Below are positions 18,103-27,168 of a stretch of DNA of 44,313 nucleotides, piece by piece. A program made the translations under genes and the position numbers. Under the pieces are notes generated by a model, which was given only the letters and a program-made list of their open reading frames with translations, was not told where the DNA came from and did not search any database. Each line of letters starts with the position of its first letter. The first letter of the stretch is position 1. The DNA comes from a virus (Duplodnaviria; Heunggongvirae; Uroviricota; Caudoviricetes): IMG/VR virus record IMGVR_UViG_2740892271_000004. One strand, given 5' to 3'.

Positions 18103-18185
18103 CGGTCAGTGGCGGGGGTCGAACCCGCATACATGATCCACCCGGAGGCAGGCACCGACTTTACCAGTTAAGCGTACACTGACCG
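18103..18185. other. Structured element in F-G intergenic region: 9-bp closing stem enclosing a tRNA T-arm-like hairpin
   Basis: CGGTCAGTG (18103-18111) pairs with CACTGACCG (18177-18185); inner hairpin GCGGG-GGTCGAA-CCCGC; on the minus strand this reads GCGGG-TTCGACC-CCCGC next to the 3' acceptor-like strand; U-rich tract follows on the plus strand. Confidence 0.4.
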
Positions 18186-18223
18186 CCTGTTTATTTTATA
18201 TTCATCCTTTATGCGGAGGCAAT

Positions 18224-18697
18224 ATGTCATCCATTGATGCAGCTGTCGTTGTTGACGTTACGCGTCTCCAGCGAGTGTTTGCCCGGCTTCAGTTTGTGGG
18301 CGGCGGAAAAGACCTGGCCCGCAGTGTGGCGGCGAGTCTTCTGTCATCGTCAGAAATGGCGTTTGAGCAGGAAAAAGAGCCGGATGGTGAACGCTGGCAT
18401 GACTGGTCAGATCCTTACCGTGAGTGGCGTACCCGTAAGGGATACACGCCCGGCAAAATCCTGACGCTGAACGGCGATCTGGCCCGCCGCCTGACCACGG
18501 ATTATGGCGATACCTGGGCGCTGATTGGATCAAATGAACCTTATGCAGCCATTCATCAGTGGGGTGGCCTGCCTGGTATGCCACCGGGACCGGCGGCCAT
18601 TGGCGCACGTCCGTATATGGGCTTTGATCAGGTGGCAGAACAGGAGATCATGGACGAAATCAGAAAACGCTTTAAAAAGGCCACAGAAACGCCGTAA
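18224..18697 (+). CDS. Virion morphogenesis protein, Mu G (gp31)-like
   Basis: 157 aa, SD GGAGG before ATG. Confidence 0.75.
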   Translation: MSSIDAAVVVDVTRLQRVFARLQFVGGGKDLARSVAASLLSSSEMAFEQEKEPDGERWHDWSDPYREWRTRKGYTPGKILTLNGDLARRLTTDYGDTWALIGSNEPYAAIHQWGGLPGMPPGPAAIGARPYMGFDQVAEQEIMDEIRKRFKKATETP

Positions 18698-18874
18698 TGG
18701 TTTAAGGTATGCAAACGTATTACCTTACCCCCTTCAGGCGCGTGTCGTGATTTTCTAACCTGTATTTAACGGGCTTTAAAATCTGCGTGAAGCGCCTTTC
18801 TCATTCCCCCCCTGTCAGCACTTTCTGAAGTCCCGCAAAACCAGCCCCAAAAATACCCGGCTTATGCTGCCGGT

Positions 18875-20008
18875 ATGAAGACAGAAAATCACCCAAAAGA
18901 CGCAAATCGCCCCTCCGGTTTAGCCGTGCTTTCAGCTTCGCTGACTGCATCCGGCGACGGATGGTGTCAGTTACTGCCAGCCGGTCGGGTAAAGGCCCGT
19001 GACGGTCGCCCGGAAAAACCGACTGAAGGCTGGCTGATTAACGAATCCGCCTGTAACCGGATGAAAGCCGGGCTTTCCGCCCTGCATCAGCCGTTACTGA
19101 TTGATTATGACCATCACTCCGTGAATGCGCAGAAAAACGGATTCAAGGCTATTGCTGCAGGATGGGTTAAGCCGGAAAACATCGAATGGCGTGAGGGTCA
19201 GGGGATTTTCATTAAACCTGAATGGACACCACAGGCACAAAAACATATTGATGACCGTGAATATGCCTATCTGTCTGCATATATGCATTATTTCGCTGAC
19301 ACCGGGGAACCCTACCTGTTGCGCATGGCTTCCCTGACGAATGATCCGGGTATTACGGGTATGAACCCTGTCGCGGCACTCAGTGCTGATGATCTCTATG
19401 TCGTTTCCCCTTCTCAGGAGCAATCCCCCATGAATGAGCAATTACGCCAGTTGCTGACGGCGCTCGGTCTGACCGTGGCTGACGGTGACGAATTTACACC
19501 GGAACTGGGCACGGCGGCGCTGTCTGCCCTTACCGGGATCAAAACCCGTGCGGATGCGCACGACACCCTGAAAACGCAGGTTGCCAGCCTGTCGGCAGAA
19601 CTGGAAACCGCAAAAGGCACACCAACTGGCGGCACTATTGATCTGACGAAATATGTGCCCGTTGAGACGTATAACGCCCTGCGTACCGAATATGCCGCGC
19701 TGTCGGCACAACACGGCAGCACCACGCTGGAGCAGTTGCTGGATAAGGCCGAGTCCGAAGGACGCATTTTCAAAAGCGAACGCGGATACATGGAAGGACT
19801 CGGACAACAGATTGGCGTCGCGGCACTTTCTGCACAGCTTGACGCCCGCCAGCCGGTTGCGGCTCTGACCACTCTTCAGACCGACACCGTAACCGTGCCG
19901 GATAAAAAGACCGCCACCGCTGTGCTGTCGGCTGAAGATATCGCCGCCGCACGTCTGTTGGGTAAAACCGAAGCCGAGTTCCTGAAAATGAAAGAGGAAA
20001 TGCAATAA
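18875..20008 (+). CDS. Head protease/scaffold protein, Mu I (gp32)-like
   Basis: 377 aa; N-terminal protease-like region and C-terminal Ala/Leu-rich scaffold-like region; precedes major capsid gene. Confidence 0.85.
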   Translation: MKTENHPKDANRPSGLAVLSASLTASGDGWCQLLPAGRVKARDGRPEKPTEGWLINESACNRMKAGLSALHQPLLIDYDHHSVNAQKNGFKAIAAGWVKPENIEWREGQGIFIKPEWTPQAQKHIDDREYAYLSAYMHYFADTGEPYLLRMASLTNDPGITGMNPVAALSADDLYVVSPSQEQSPMNEQLRQLLTALGLTVADGDEFTPELGTAALSALTGIKTRADAHDTLKTQVASLSAELETAKGTPTGGTIDLTKYVPVETYNALRTEYAALSAQHGSTTLEQLLDKAESEGRIFKSERGYMEGLGQQIGVAALSAQLDARQPVAALTTLQTDTVTVPDKKTATAVLSAEDIAAARLLGKTEAEFLKMKEEMQ

Positions 20009-20955
20009 TGCCTACCCCGATTACACCGGCGATGATCACCGCCCTGATGACGGGCTACCGTTCTGATTTTCAGGCCGGGATGTCCATGGCTCCGTCGCAG
20101 TACCAGAAAATTGCGATGACCGTGCCGTCCACCTCGAAATCCAACACCTACGGCTGGCTGGGGCAGTTCCCGCAGTTCCGTGAGTGGATCGGCTCCCGCG
20201 TCATCGAGAAGATGAAAGCCTATGGCTACGCCATCGTGAACAAAACCTTTGAAGGCACCGTTGCCATTAGCCGCGATGACTTTGAAGACGACAATCTCGG
20301 CATCTACTCCCCGTTATTCCAGGAAATGGGTCGTGCCGCTGCGGCACAACCGGATGAACTGGTCTTTGCTGCACTGCGTGATGGTCTGAATGCGGCCTGC
20401 TATGACGGCCAGAACTTCTTTGATACCGAACACCCTGTTTACCCCAAAGTGGATGGCTCCGGTGATGCACAGATGGTCAGCAATATGTTTGTGGCAAAAA
20501 CCGGCTCTGTCGGTGCACAGGCGGATTACAGCGGCCCGGCCTGGTATCTGCTTGACTGCTCCCGCGCGGTAAAACCGCTGATTTATCAGGATCGCCGCAA
20601 AGCCGAACTGGTTGCCCAGACAAAAGTCGATGAAGGCCGTGCGTTTACTGATAACGAGTTTGTGTTCGGTGCTTCCGCCCGTCGCAATGTGGGCTACGGC
20701 TTCTGGCAGATGGCCTACATGATGCAGTCACCGCTGACGCTGGATGCGCTGTGGCACGGCTGGTCAGCCATGCGTGACTTTAAGGCTGACGGTGGCCGCA
20801 AACTCGGCATCAAACCCACCCATATTGTTGTCCCCACCTCGCTGGAAAAACAGGCGGTGCAGCTGCTGGAGCGCGAGCTGTTCGCAGACGGTAACGCCAC
20901 AGTCTCTAACGAGATGAAGGGCAAGCTGGAGCTGGTTGTCGCGGATTATCTGTAA
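20008..20955 (+). CDS. Major capsid protein, Mu T (gp34)-like
   Basis: 315 aa, position and size. Confidence 0.9.
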   Translation: MPTPITPAMITALMTGYRSDFQAGMSMAPSQYQKIAMTVPSTSKSNTYGWLGQFPQFREWIGSRVIEKMKAYGYAIVNKTFEGTVAISRDDFEDDNLGIYSPLFQEMGRAAAAQPDELVFAALRDGLNAACYDGQNFFDTEHPVYPKVDGSGDAQMVSNMFVAKTGSVGAQADYSGPAWYLLDCSRAVKPLIYQDRRKAELVAQTKVDEGRAFTDNEFVFGASARRNVGYGFWQMAYMMQSPLTLDALWHGWSAMRDFKADGGRKLGIKPTHIVVPTSLEKQAVQLLERELFADGNATVSNEMKGKLELVVADYL

Positions 20956-20962
20956 ACGGTGA

Positions 20963-20981
20963 GCCGGGCTTACGGCCCGGC
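20963..20981 (+). terminator. GC-rich hairpin after the major capsid gene (possible attenuator; no U-tract)
   Basis: GCCGGGC-TTACG-GCCCGGC immediately downstream of the capsid stop codon. Confidence 0.3.
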
Positions 20982-20998
20982 CCCTGCGGAGGGCAAAT

Positions 20999-21358
20999 AT
21001 GAATGAACATCACACTGTGGCAGCAACAGATGATTCAGGCCTTCAGGTCAGTGGTGACAGTCCTGTCACGGTACTGGCAGAAGTGCGTTGCAGTCGTACG
21101 CATTTTCGTCGTGCGGGGTTCCTGTTCATGCGGGGACGCCAGCAGGTTGACGTCACCCCGGAGCAGCTTGCCCGACTGGAAGCGGAGCCATGCCTCACTG
21201 TACGAATACTACAGACGCCTGGTGATGATGCGGGAGCCGTGGCGGGTGTGGTTCATGCAGAGACCGGTGCAGATTTAGCCGAAGCCGAAACCGTACAGGA
21301 TGCTCCCCGGAAAAAGACCGGCAATAACGCCAGACAGGCGAAAAAGGCGCGCGCATGA
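20999..21358 (+). CDS. Mu gp35-like hypothetical head protein
   Basis: 119 aa, SD GGAGGG 5 nt upstream; between capsid and gp36-like genes. Confidence 0.5.
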   Translation: MNEHHTVAATDDSGLQVSGDSPVTVLAEVRCSRTHFRRAGFLFMRGRQQVDVTPEQLARLEAEPCLTVRILQTPGDDAGAVAGVVHAETGADLAEAETVQDAPRKKTGNNARQAKKARA

Positions 21359-21774
21359 ATTACGCCACCGAAACCGATATGCGGGCACGTTACCGCGAGG
21401 ATTTGCTCAGGCCATTACTGGCCGTGCCCCGTTCGGATGAACCGGACACGCGCAAGCTGAACCGGGCACTGACGGACGCGTCTGCCCTTATCGACAGCTA
21501 TCTGTCTTCCCGTTACACGCTGCCGCTGGCGGTGGTTCCGGCGGTCCTTGTTCAGCATTGCTGCACGATTGCCTTTTATTACCTGTGCGATCAGCGGGCA
21601 TCCGATCAGGCGCGTGACCGTTACCGTGAGGCGCTGGCCTGGCTGAAAGATGTCATGAACGGTAACGTGCCGGTCGGCGTGGATACAGACGGTGCGGCCC
21701 CTGAATCCGGGGATTTACCGCAGGTGCAGTCTGATGCGGCGGTGTTCGGGCGCAACCAGAAGGGCTTTATATGA
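21355..21774 (+). CDS. Mu J (gp36)-like protein (DUF1320)
   Basis: 139 aa, ATGA overlap with upstream gene. Confidence 0.7.
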   Translation: MNYATETDMRARYREDLLRPLLAVPRSDEPDTRKLNRALTDASALIDSYLSSRYTLPLAVVPAVLVQHCCTIAFYYLCDQRASDQARDRYREALAWLKDVMNGNVPVGVDTDGAAPESGDLPQVQSDAAVFGRNQKGFI

Positions 21775-22334
21775 TTACGGAAACCGAGCAGGCGTACATC
21801 GCCCGTATCCGTGAGTATTTCGGGAATGAACTGGTGTCTGTTGACACACATCCCGGCGACTGGAGCGACAGCGTACTGCGCACCATGCTGATTAACGCCC
21901 CGGCTATCTATGTTGCCTGGCTGGGTGCCGGTGAAGGGCGTACCCGTGGGCGTCTGGTCAGTCACTGGGTGTTCTACGTCATCGGCGACATGCTCAATGG
22001 CCGTGAGGTCAGCCGTCCCGGGCTTTATCAGATTGTGGCCCGCCTGATTACCGTGCTGGACGGCTTCAGAGCAGAAAAAACCTCACCGCTTTACTTTGAA
22101 AAGGCGGTCAACGGTTACACCGAAACGCAGGCAGGCAGCGGTGCCGTGATGTACGCCCTGTATTTCTCATGCGAGGAAATGATCGACCCGCTGACGGATA
22201 TCAGCTCGCTGGATGATTTCCTGCGCCATTACGAAACCTTTACCGAACCGGAAGGCACGCCGGAATTTAAGGCACACATCCGTCTGCCTGGTGCAACTGC
22301 CGCCGGTGAAAACGCCGGACTGTCAGAGGAATAA
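21771..22334 (+). CDS. Mu K (gp37)-like protein (DUF1834)
   Basis: 187 aa, ATGA overlap. Confidence 0.7.
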   Translation: MITETEQAYIARIREYFGNELVSVDTHPGDWSDSVLRTMLINAPAIYVAWLGAGEGRTRGRLVSHWVFYVIGDMLNGREVSRPGLYQIVARLITVLDGFRAEKTSPLYFEKAVNGYTETQAGSGAVMYALYFSCEEMIDPLTDISSLDDFLRHYETFTEPEGTPEFKAHIRLPGATAAGENAGLSEE

Positions 22335-22337
22335 CAG

Positions 22338-22616
22338 ATGACAACCATTTTTATTAAACCTGCGCCGGGATGCCTGATCCGCGATCCCGACACGATGACT
22401 CCGCTCTCTCAGGACGGGGAAGAGAAACCCTTCACTCCGTTCTGGTGCCGCCGTCTTAATGATGGCGACGTCATTGTGGTGGATAAAACGGCGGAGCCTG
22501 CCCCGGCTGCCACAACTGCTAATACCGGCGCGGCGGCAAAACCAGCGGGAGCGGTAGCAGAAAAAACTGCGGCGGTGGCTGAAAAAACCGCAGCATCAGA
22601 TAAGGGGACGTCCTGA
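22338..22616 (+). CDS. Mu gp38-like small protein (DUF2635)
   Basis: 92 aa, Ala-rich C-terminus; precedes tail sheath. Confidence 0.6.
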   Translation: MTTIFIKPAPGCLIRDPDTMTPLSQDGEEKPFTPFWCRRLNDGDVIVVDKTAEPAPAATTANTGAAAKPAGAVAEKTAAVAEKTAASDKGTS

Positions 22617-24118
22617 TGATTAACTTTGATTATATCGGCGATAACAATCGCATTCCGCTGGTACAGATTGAAATCAATAATTCAATGGCCGTGACCGGCA
22701 CTCCACCACAGCGTCAGGCGGTACTGTTGTTTGGTCAGGCTGCAATGAAAGACACTACCATTCAGGGGCGCGGTCAGCTTGATGTACCAGTACGTATTAC
22801 CCGAGCTTCACAAGCAAGAGAACTCTGGGGGCGAGGTTCCATGATTGCACTGATGGTAGAGGAATTTATCGCCATTAACCCTGACACAGAGTTATATGCC
22901 ATTGCACAGGGGGCTGGAACAGGTCAGTCCAGGGCATGCGTGATGAATATCATTGGAACAGCATTGGCAGACGGGGTGTTAAGTGTTTACATCGGCGGTC
23001 GCCGTTACCTCCTGCCCGTCAGTAAGGGGAAAAAAGGTAAAGAGCTTGTGGAAGAGCTGGCTAAGGTCATTAACGCTGACACTGATGCGCCATTCACTGC
23101 TATCGCAGCTGAAGTCAGTGGTGATAATGCTGAAGGACTTAAAGGCAGCATGGGGGTTAACGCCCGCTTTATCGGTGAATGCTCAGCTCATGATTTACGG
23201 GTGAACTATTATGACGGTGAAACTACACCGGCCGGTCTTACGCTGGAGCTCGTCGCGCCAACACAGAAGGCAACAAACCCCGATATCACCCGTAGCGTCT
23301 CAGGGATGGGGAATCGTCAGTACAACTACATCGTCATGCCCTATAAGGATGCGGCAAATCTCAAAATTCTGGCGGATGAACTGCTGAAACGCTGGGGACC
23401 GGTAAAAATGTCGGACGGTATGGTCTGGATGGCGCATACCGGCACCTTCGGTACGGCAACCAGTTTTGGTGAATCCCGTAATGACTTCCTGTTTACCTGC
23501 ACTTCTATTCCTAAAGCACCAGAGCCGGATTATGTCTGGGCTGCCTCCATTTGTGCGGTCTGTGCGCCCTCCCTGTCAACGGATCCGGCCCGACCATTAC
23601 AGACACTGGCGCTGCCTGCCCGTATGGCACCTGAAGCACCGGATCGTCTGACGCGGGAAGAGCGAAACAGCCTGCTTTATACCGGCATGTCCACGGTGAC
23701 CGTCGCGGCCGCGGATGTGGTGCAGATTGAACGTCAGGTGACGATGTACCGTCAGAATGCATACGGCGAAATCGATCCCAGCTATCTGGATGTGGAAACC
23801 ATCTACACCCTGTCATATCTGCGTTATTCCCTGCGCACCTTTATCACGCAGCGTTTTCCGCGCCATAAACTGGCTGATGACGGGACGCCCGTTCGTGCCG
23901 GTCAGAATATCGTGACACCGGAGATCATGAAACTTCAGTTAATTTCGCTGGGGGAAGAATGGGTGGATCTGGGACTGGTCGAAAATCTGGACACCTTTAA
24001 AAAGAATCTGCTCGTGGAGCGCAACACAAAAGACCGTAACCGTCTGGATGTGATGTGTACACCGGATCTGGTTAACCAGTTCCGCTTCATGGCCGCGCAG
24101 ATCCGTTTCATTTTGTGA
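22616..24118 (+). CDS. Contractile tail sheath protein, Mu L (gp39)-like
   Basis: 500 aa, followed by tube gene. Confidence 0.9.
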   Translation: MINFDYIGDNNRIPLVQIEINNSMAVTGTPPQRQAVLLFGQAAMKDTTIQGRGQLDVPVRITRASQARELWGRGSMIALMVEEFIAINPDTELYAIAQGAGTGQSRACVMNIIGTALADGVLSVYIGGRRYLLPVSKGKKGKELVEELAKVINADTDAPFTAIAAEVSGDNAEGLKGSMGVNARFIGECSAHDLRVNYYDGETTPAGLTLELVAPTQKATNPDITRSVSGMGNRQYNYIVMPYKDAANLKILADELLKRWGPVKMSDGMVWMAHTGTFGTATSFGESRNDFLFTCTSIPKAPEPDYVWAASICAVCAPSLSTDPARPLQTLALPARMAPEAPDRLTREERNSLLYTGMSTVTVAAADVVQIERQVTMYRQNAYGEIDPSYLDVETIYTLSYLRYSLRTFITQRFPRHKLADDGTPVRAGQNIVTPEIMKLQLISLGEEWVDLGLVENLDTFKKNLLVERNTKDRNRLDVMCTPDLVNQFRFMAAQIRFIL

Positions 24119-24126
24119 GGTAAGGC

Positions 24127-24492
24127 ATGAGCGGAAAACAGTATCAGGGCACGGCCACCATCCGTGTGAACGGGCAGGAGTACGACACCCTTGAGGGGGC
24201 CACGTTCTCCCCGTCCGGCTTTGAGCGTGAAGTGGTGAAAGGCGCGAAAGTTTACGGCTATCGCGAGAAACCCCGTGAGGCGACGCTGGACTGTAAATTC
24301 CCGGCGGGCGGAGAAGGTTCACCGGCTGCCGATGAAATCAACACCTGGACTGCGGTCACGATTGAGTTCGTGGCCGATACCGGTGAAGTCCACATGATGA
24401 CGAAGGCCTGGAGCAGTGAACCGGCCTCGCTTGACGGTGGTGGTGATATCTCCGCGAAGTTCGCCAGCGCCACCAGTACCCGTGTCCAGTAA
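24127..24492 (+). CDS. Tail tube protein, Mu M (gp40)-like
   Basis: 121 aa, position after sheath. Confidence 0.85.
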   Translation: MSGKQYQGTATIRVNGQEYDTLEGATFSPSGFEREVVKGAKVYGYREKPREATLDCKFPAGGEGSPAADEINTWTAVTIEFVADTGEVHMMTKAWSSEPASLDGGGDISAKFASATSTRVQ

Positions 24493-24506
24493 TCAGGAAA
24501 AATGTA

Positions 24507-24983
24507 ATGAGCACACGTAAGAAAAAAACGGCGGTTTCTGACGAGGCCGTGATGGAGGCTATCCGGGATGCACTTGAAGACGGCGATCCCCGCACCGCCG
24601 GGCTGGCTGAACAACTGGCGAACGGCTATGTGGATCTGCTCGACGGTCTGCCGTTCGGGGAATCCCGTGAATACCGCGTCACCTTCCGCGAACTGACGGC
24701 AAAAGACAGCATTGATGCGGAGAGCGAGGCCGAGCGTCTTATGGAAACCCGAAACGGTCCGGTTCTTGTGGCCTCACCGGCACTGCGCGGCATTGCGCTG
24801 CTGCGCCGTCAGATTGCCGCTGTCGGCCAGATTGAGGGGCCATTGTCTCCGCGTCAGATAGGACAGCTCAGCGAGCGCGATCTCTCCCGACTGATGGCGG
24901 CAGTAAGCCTGCTTGATTCCGCGATGGCCGGAAAGCTGGTCGCTGAACGGGGGCGACCAGATGCAGTGCCGGGATCAGATTGA
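24507..24983 (+). CDS. Tail assembly chaperone, Mu gp41-like
   Basis: 158 aa, immediately upstream of tape measure; overlapping +1-frame ORF 24913-25107 could be a frameshift extension. Confidence 0.6.
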   Translation: MSTRKKKTAVSDEAVMEAIRDALEDGDPRTAGLAEQLANGYVDLLDGLPFGESREYRVTFRELTAKDSIDAESEAERLMETRNGPVLVASPALRGIALLRRQIAAVGQIEGPLSPRQIGQLSERDLSRLMAAVSLLDSAMAGKLVAERGRPDAVPGSD

Positions 24984-25110
24984 AGAAGCCGCAATTGTGC
25001 TGGGGATGGTGACAAAAAGCGGCCCGGAGTGGGCGCTTAACCTCCCCTTATCGCAGCTTTACCGGCACTGCCGACAGACCGAAAAAATTCTCAGAACGAA
25101 GCAGTAACCC

Positions 25111-27168
25111 ATGGCAAAAAACCTGAAAGCCTCCCTGATTGTCGATTTACTCGGCAATATTTCTGCCAAATCCCGCCAGTGGTCACAGGAGCTGGGGGCA
25201 TTCTCCCGTTCCGGCAGGACGGGGCTGGGTGGTCTTGGAAATGCAGCACGTCGTGCCGGTCAGGAGACAGAACTTGTCGGCTCCCGTATGCAGCGAACGC
25301 TTGCCGGTGTTCGTGGCAGTATCCGCACGGTGACGTCAGATTTTGACCGCCTTCAGGGCAGCATTACCGGCACCATCGGGCGGATAAGCAACCTTTACGG
25401 GATGCTGGCGGGAGGGGCTGCGGTCTACGGGTTTAATAAAGCCTTTATCCGCCCGGCCGCAGAGATGGAGAACTATATTCTGCGTCTCAACGCCATTAAT
25501 CATGGCGATACGGCAAAAACGGAAGCAGTGAAAGCCTGGGCGGTACAGAACGCCAAAGACACCACCTGGGGGCTGGCGGGGGTTATGCAGGAATACGCCT
25601 CCAGTCGCGGGTTCGGTATGAGTGACAGGGAAGCCCGTCGCTTTATTACCATGCTTCAGGATCAGGGCGGCTATCACGGCTGGTCACTGTCAGATGCACA
25701 GGGTGCGTCCCTGCAACTCAAACAGATGTTTGCCCGCCAGAGTATCCAGGCAGCGGACGCCAATATTCTGACCGGATACGGGATTAACGTTTACCAGTTG
25801 CTGGCCGATAAGCTGGGTGTAAACCAGAAGATCATCCGTGAGAAAGGCGAGAAAGGAAAACTGGGACCGGACAGCATTCGCCTGTTATTTCAGGTGATGG
25901 CCGAACAGGCAAAAGGTGCCCAGAAAAACGCCATGAATTCCTGGACGGGAATGACGTCCATGATGGGCGATGTCTGGGACGGATTTGCCCGCGAGGTGAT
26001 GGCAAAGGGACCGTTTGACAGCCTGAAAAAGAGCCTGAAAGGCTTTCTGGATTATGCTGATGCGGCACAGAAAAGCGGCTTACAGGATAAGCTGGCCACA
26101 CAGACGGCCTCAGCCCTGAATCAGGGATTTGAGTATGCCAGAGACGCTGCGACCGGCTTTTACCGGGTCATTCAGAAAGTCAGGGAAACGCTTCAGGCAC
26201 TGCGCGACGCCGGTTATGGCGATGCGCTGGATCGCATTGGTCAGGGTGCGCAGACCGCCGCAAAGTACCTGATGTATATGTATCTCGCCTCCCGTGCGCT
26301 GAAGGTGCTCAGGTTTGCGGGGACGGGGGCATTACGTCTCGGCGCAACCCCCTTACGCTATGGCATGGCGATGACCTCCGTGCTGACGTCGCCCTTCCGC
26401 AAACCGCAGACCACTGTACCGGGAACGCAGCCCGGACGCGCTGGCCGGTTCCTGAATTTCCTTACCGGGGTAAATCCGGCTGCCGTTCAGCCCGTGCTGG
26501 TCACCAATTGGCCTGCGGGTGGCCTGGCCTCAGGTGGCGGGGATGTGGTGGTCAGCGGTGACGGCAAAACCGTGCGCGGCCGTAAAAAACGCGGCCCCGG
26601 ACGTGGACGGGGTGTCACGACCGTCGTGACTGCCGGTGAGCAACTGGCGGAGAGTGCCGGTAAACAGGGCTTCTTCGGTCGTATGATGAGCCGTGCCGGT
26701 GGTCTGCTAACGGCGGCCGGAAACCGCATGGGGCTGGGGCGTTTTGCCGGGCTGTTCCGTGGTGCCGGTCGGCTGGGTGGTGGTGCCCTGTGGGCCGGTG
26801 CCATGGCGGCTCCTGTACTGCTGGACAGCAGCGCCAGTGCAGCCGATAAAGCCGGTGCCGTGGGTTCCCTTGCCGGAAGTATCGCCGGTGGCGCGCTGGG
26901 GGCGGCTGCCGGTCCGGTCGGGGTTGCCATTGGTTCCACGGTGGGCAGCTATCTCGGTGATTATCTGGGGGGCTGGCTGACGCAGGCCTGGCAGAAACTG
27001 CGTGGCGGCAGTGACGAAAACGGCGGACAGGCCACCGCGAAAACCGCCGCACGGGTGGAGCTTGTTGCCCCTGAAGGCTGGCGGGCGCGCAGTATTGATG
27101 TGGATGATACCGCACAGCATGGCCTGGATGTGAACGTCTGGAACGGAGGGAACTATGGCCTCTACTGA
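25111..27168 (+). CDS. Tail tape measure protein, Mu N (gp42)-like
   Basis: 685 aa, Gly/Ala-rich C-terminal region; position. Confidence 0.9.
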   Translation: MAKNLKASLIVDLLGNISAKSRQWSQELGAFSRSGRTGLGGLGNAARRAGQETELVGSRMQRTLAGVRGSIRTVTSDFDRLQGSITGTIGRISNLYGMLAGGAAVYGFNKAFIRPAAEMENYILRLNAINHGDTAKTEAVKAWAVQNAKDTTWGLAGVMQEYASSRGFGMSDREARRFITMLQDQGGYHGWSLSDAQGASLQLKQMFARQSIQAADANILTGYGINVYQLLADKLGVNQKIIREKGEKGKLGPDSIRLLFQVMAEQAKGAQKNAMNSWTGMTSMMGDVWDGFAREVMAKGPFDSLKKSLKGFLDYADAAQKSGLQDKLATQTASALNQGFEYARDAATGFYRVIQKVRETLQALRDAGYGDALDRIGQGAQTAAKYLMYMYLASRALKVLRFAGTGALRLGATPLRYGMAMTSVLTSPFRKPQTTVPGTQPGRAGRFLNFLTGVNPAAVQPVLVTNWPAGGLASGGGDVVVSGDGKTVRGRKKRGPGRGRGVTTVVTAGEQLAESAGKQGFFGRMMSRAGGLLTAAGNRMGLGRFAGLFRGAGRLGGGALWAGAMAAPVLLDSSASAADKAGAVGSLAGSIAGGALGAAAGPVGVAIGSTVGSYLGDYLGGWLTQAWQKLRGGSDENGGQATAKTAARVELVAPEGWRARSIDVDDTAQHGLDVNVWNGGNYGLY

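Noticed and set aside
18103-18185. Genuine tRNA gene
   Set aside because: Acceptor and T-arm-like parts are present but no anticodon stem-loop or D-arm can be formed, and no CCA is encoded; kept only as a structured element.
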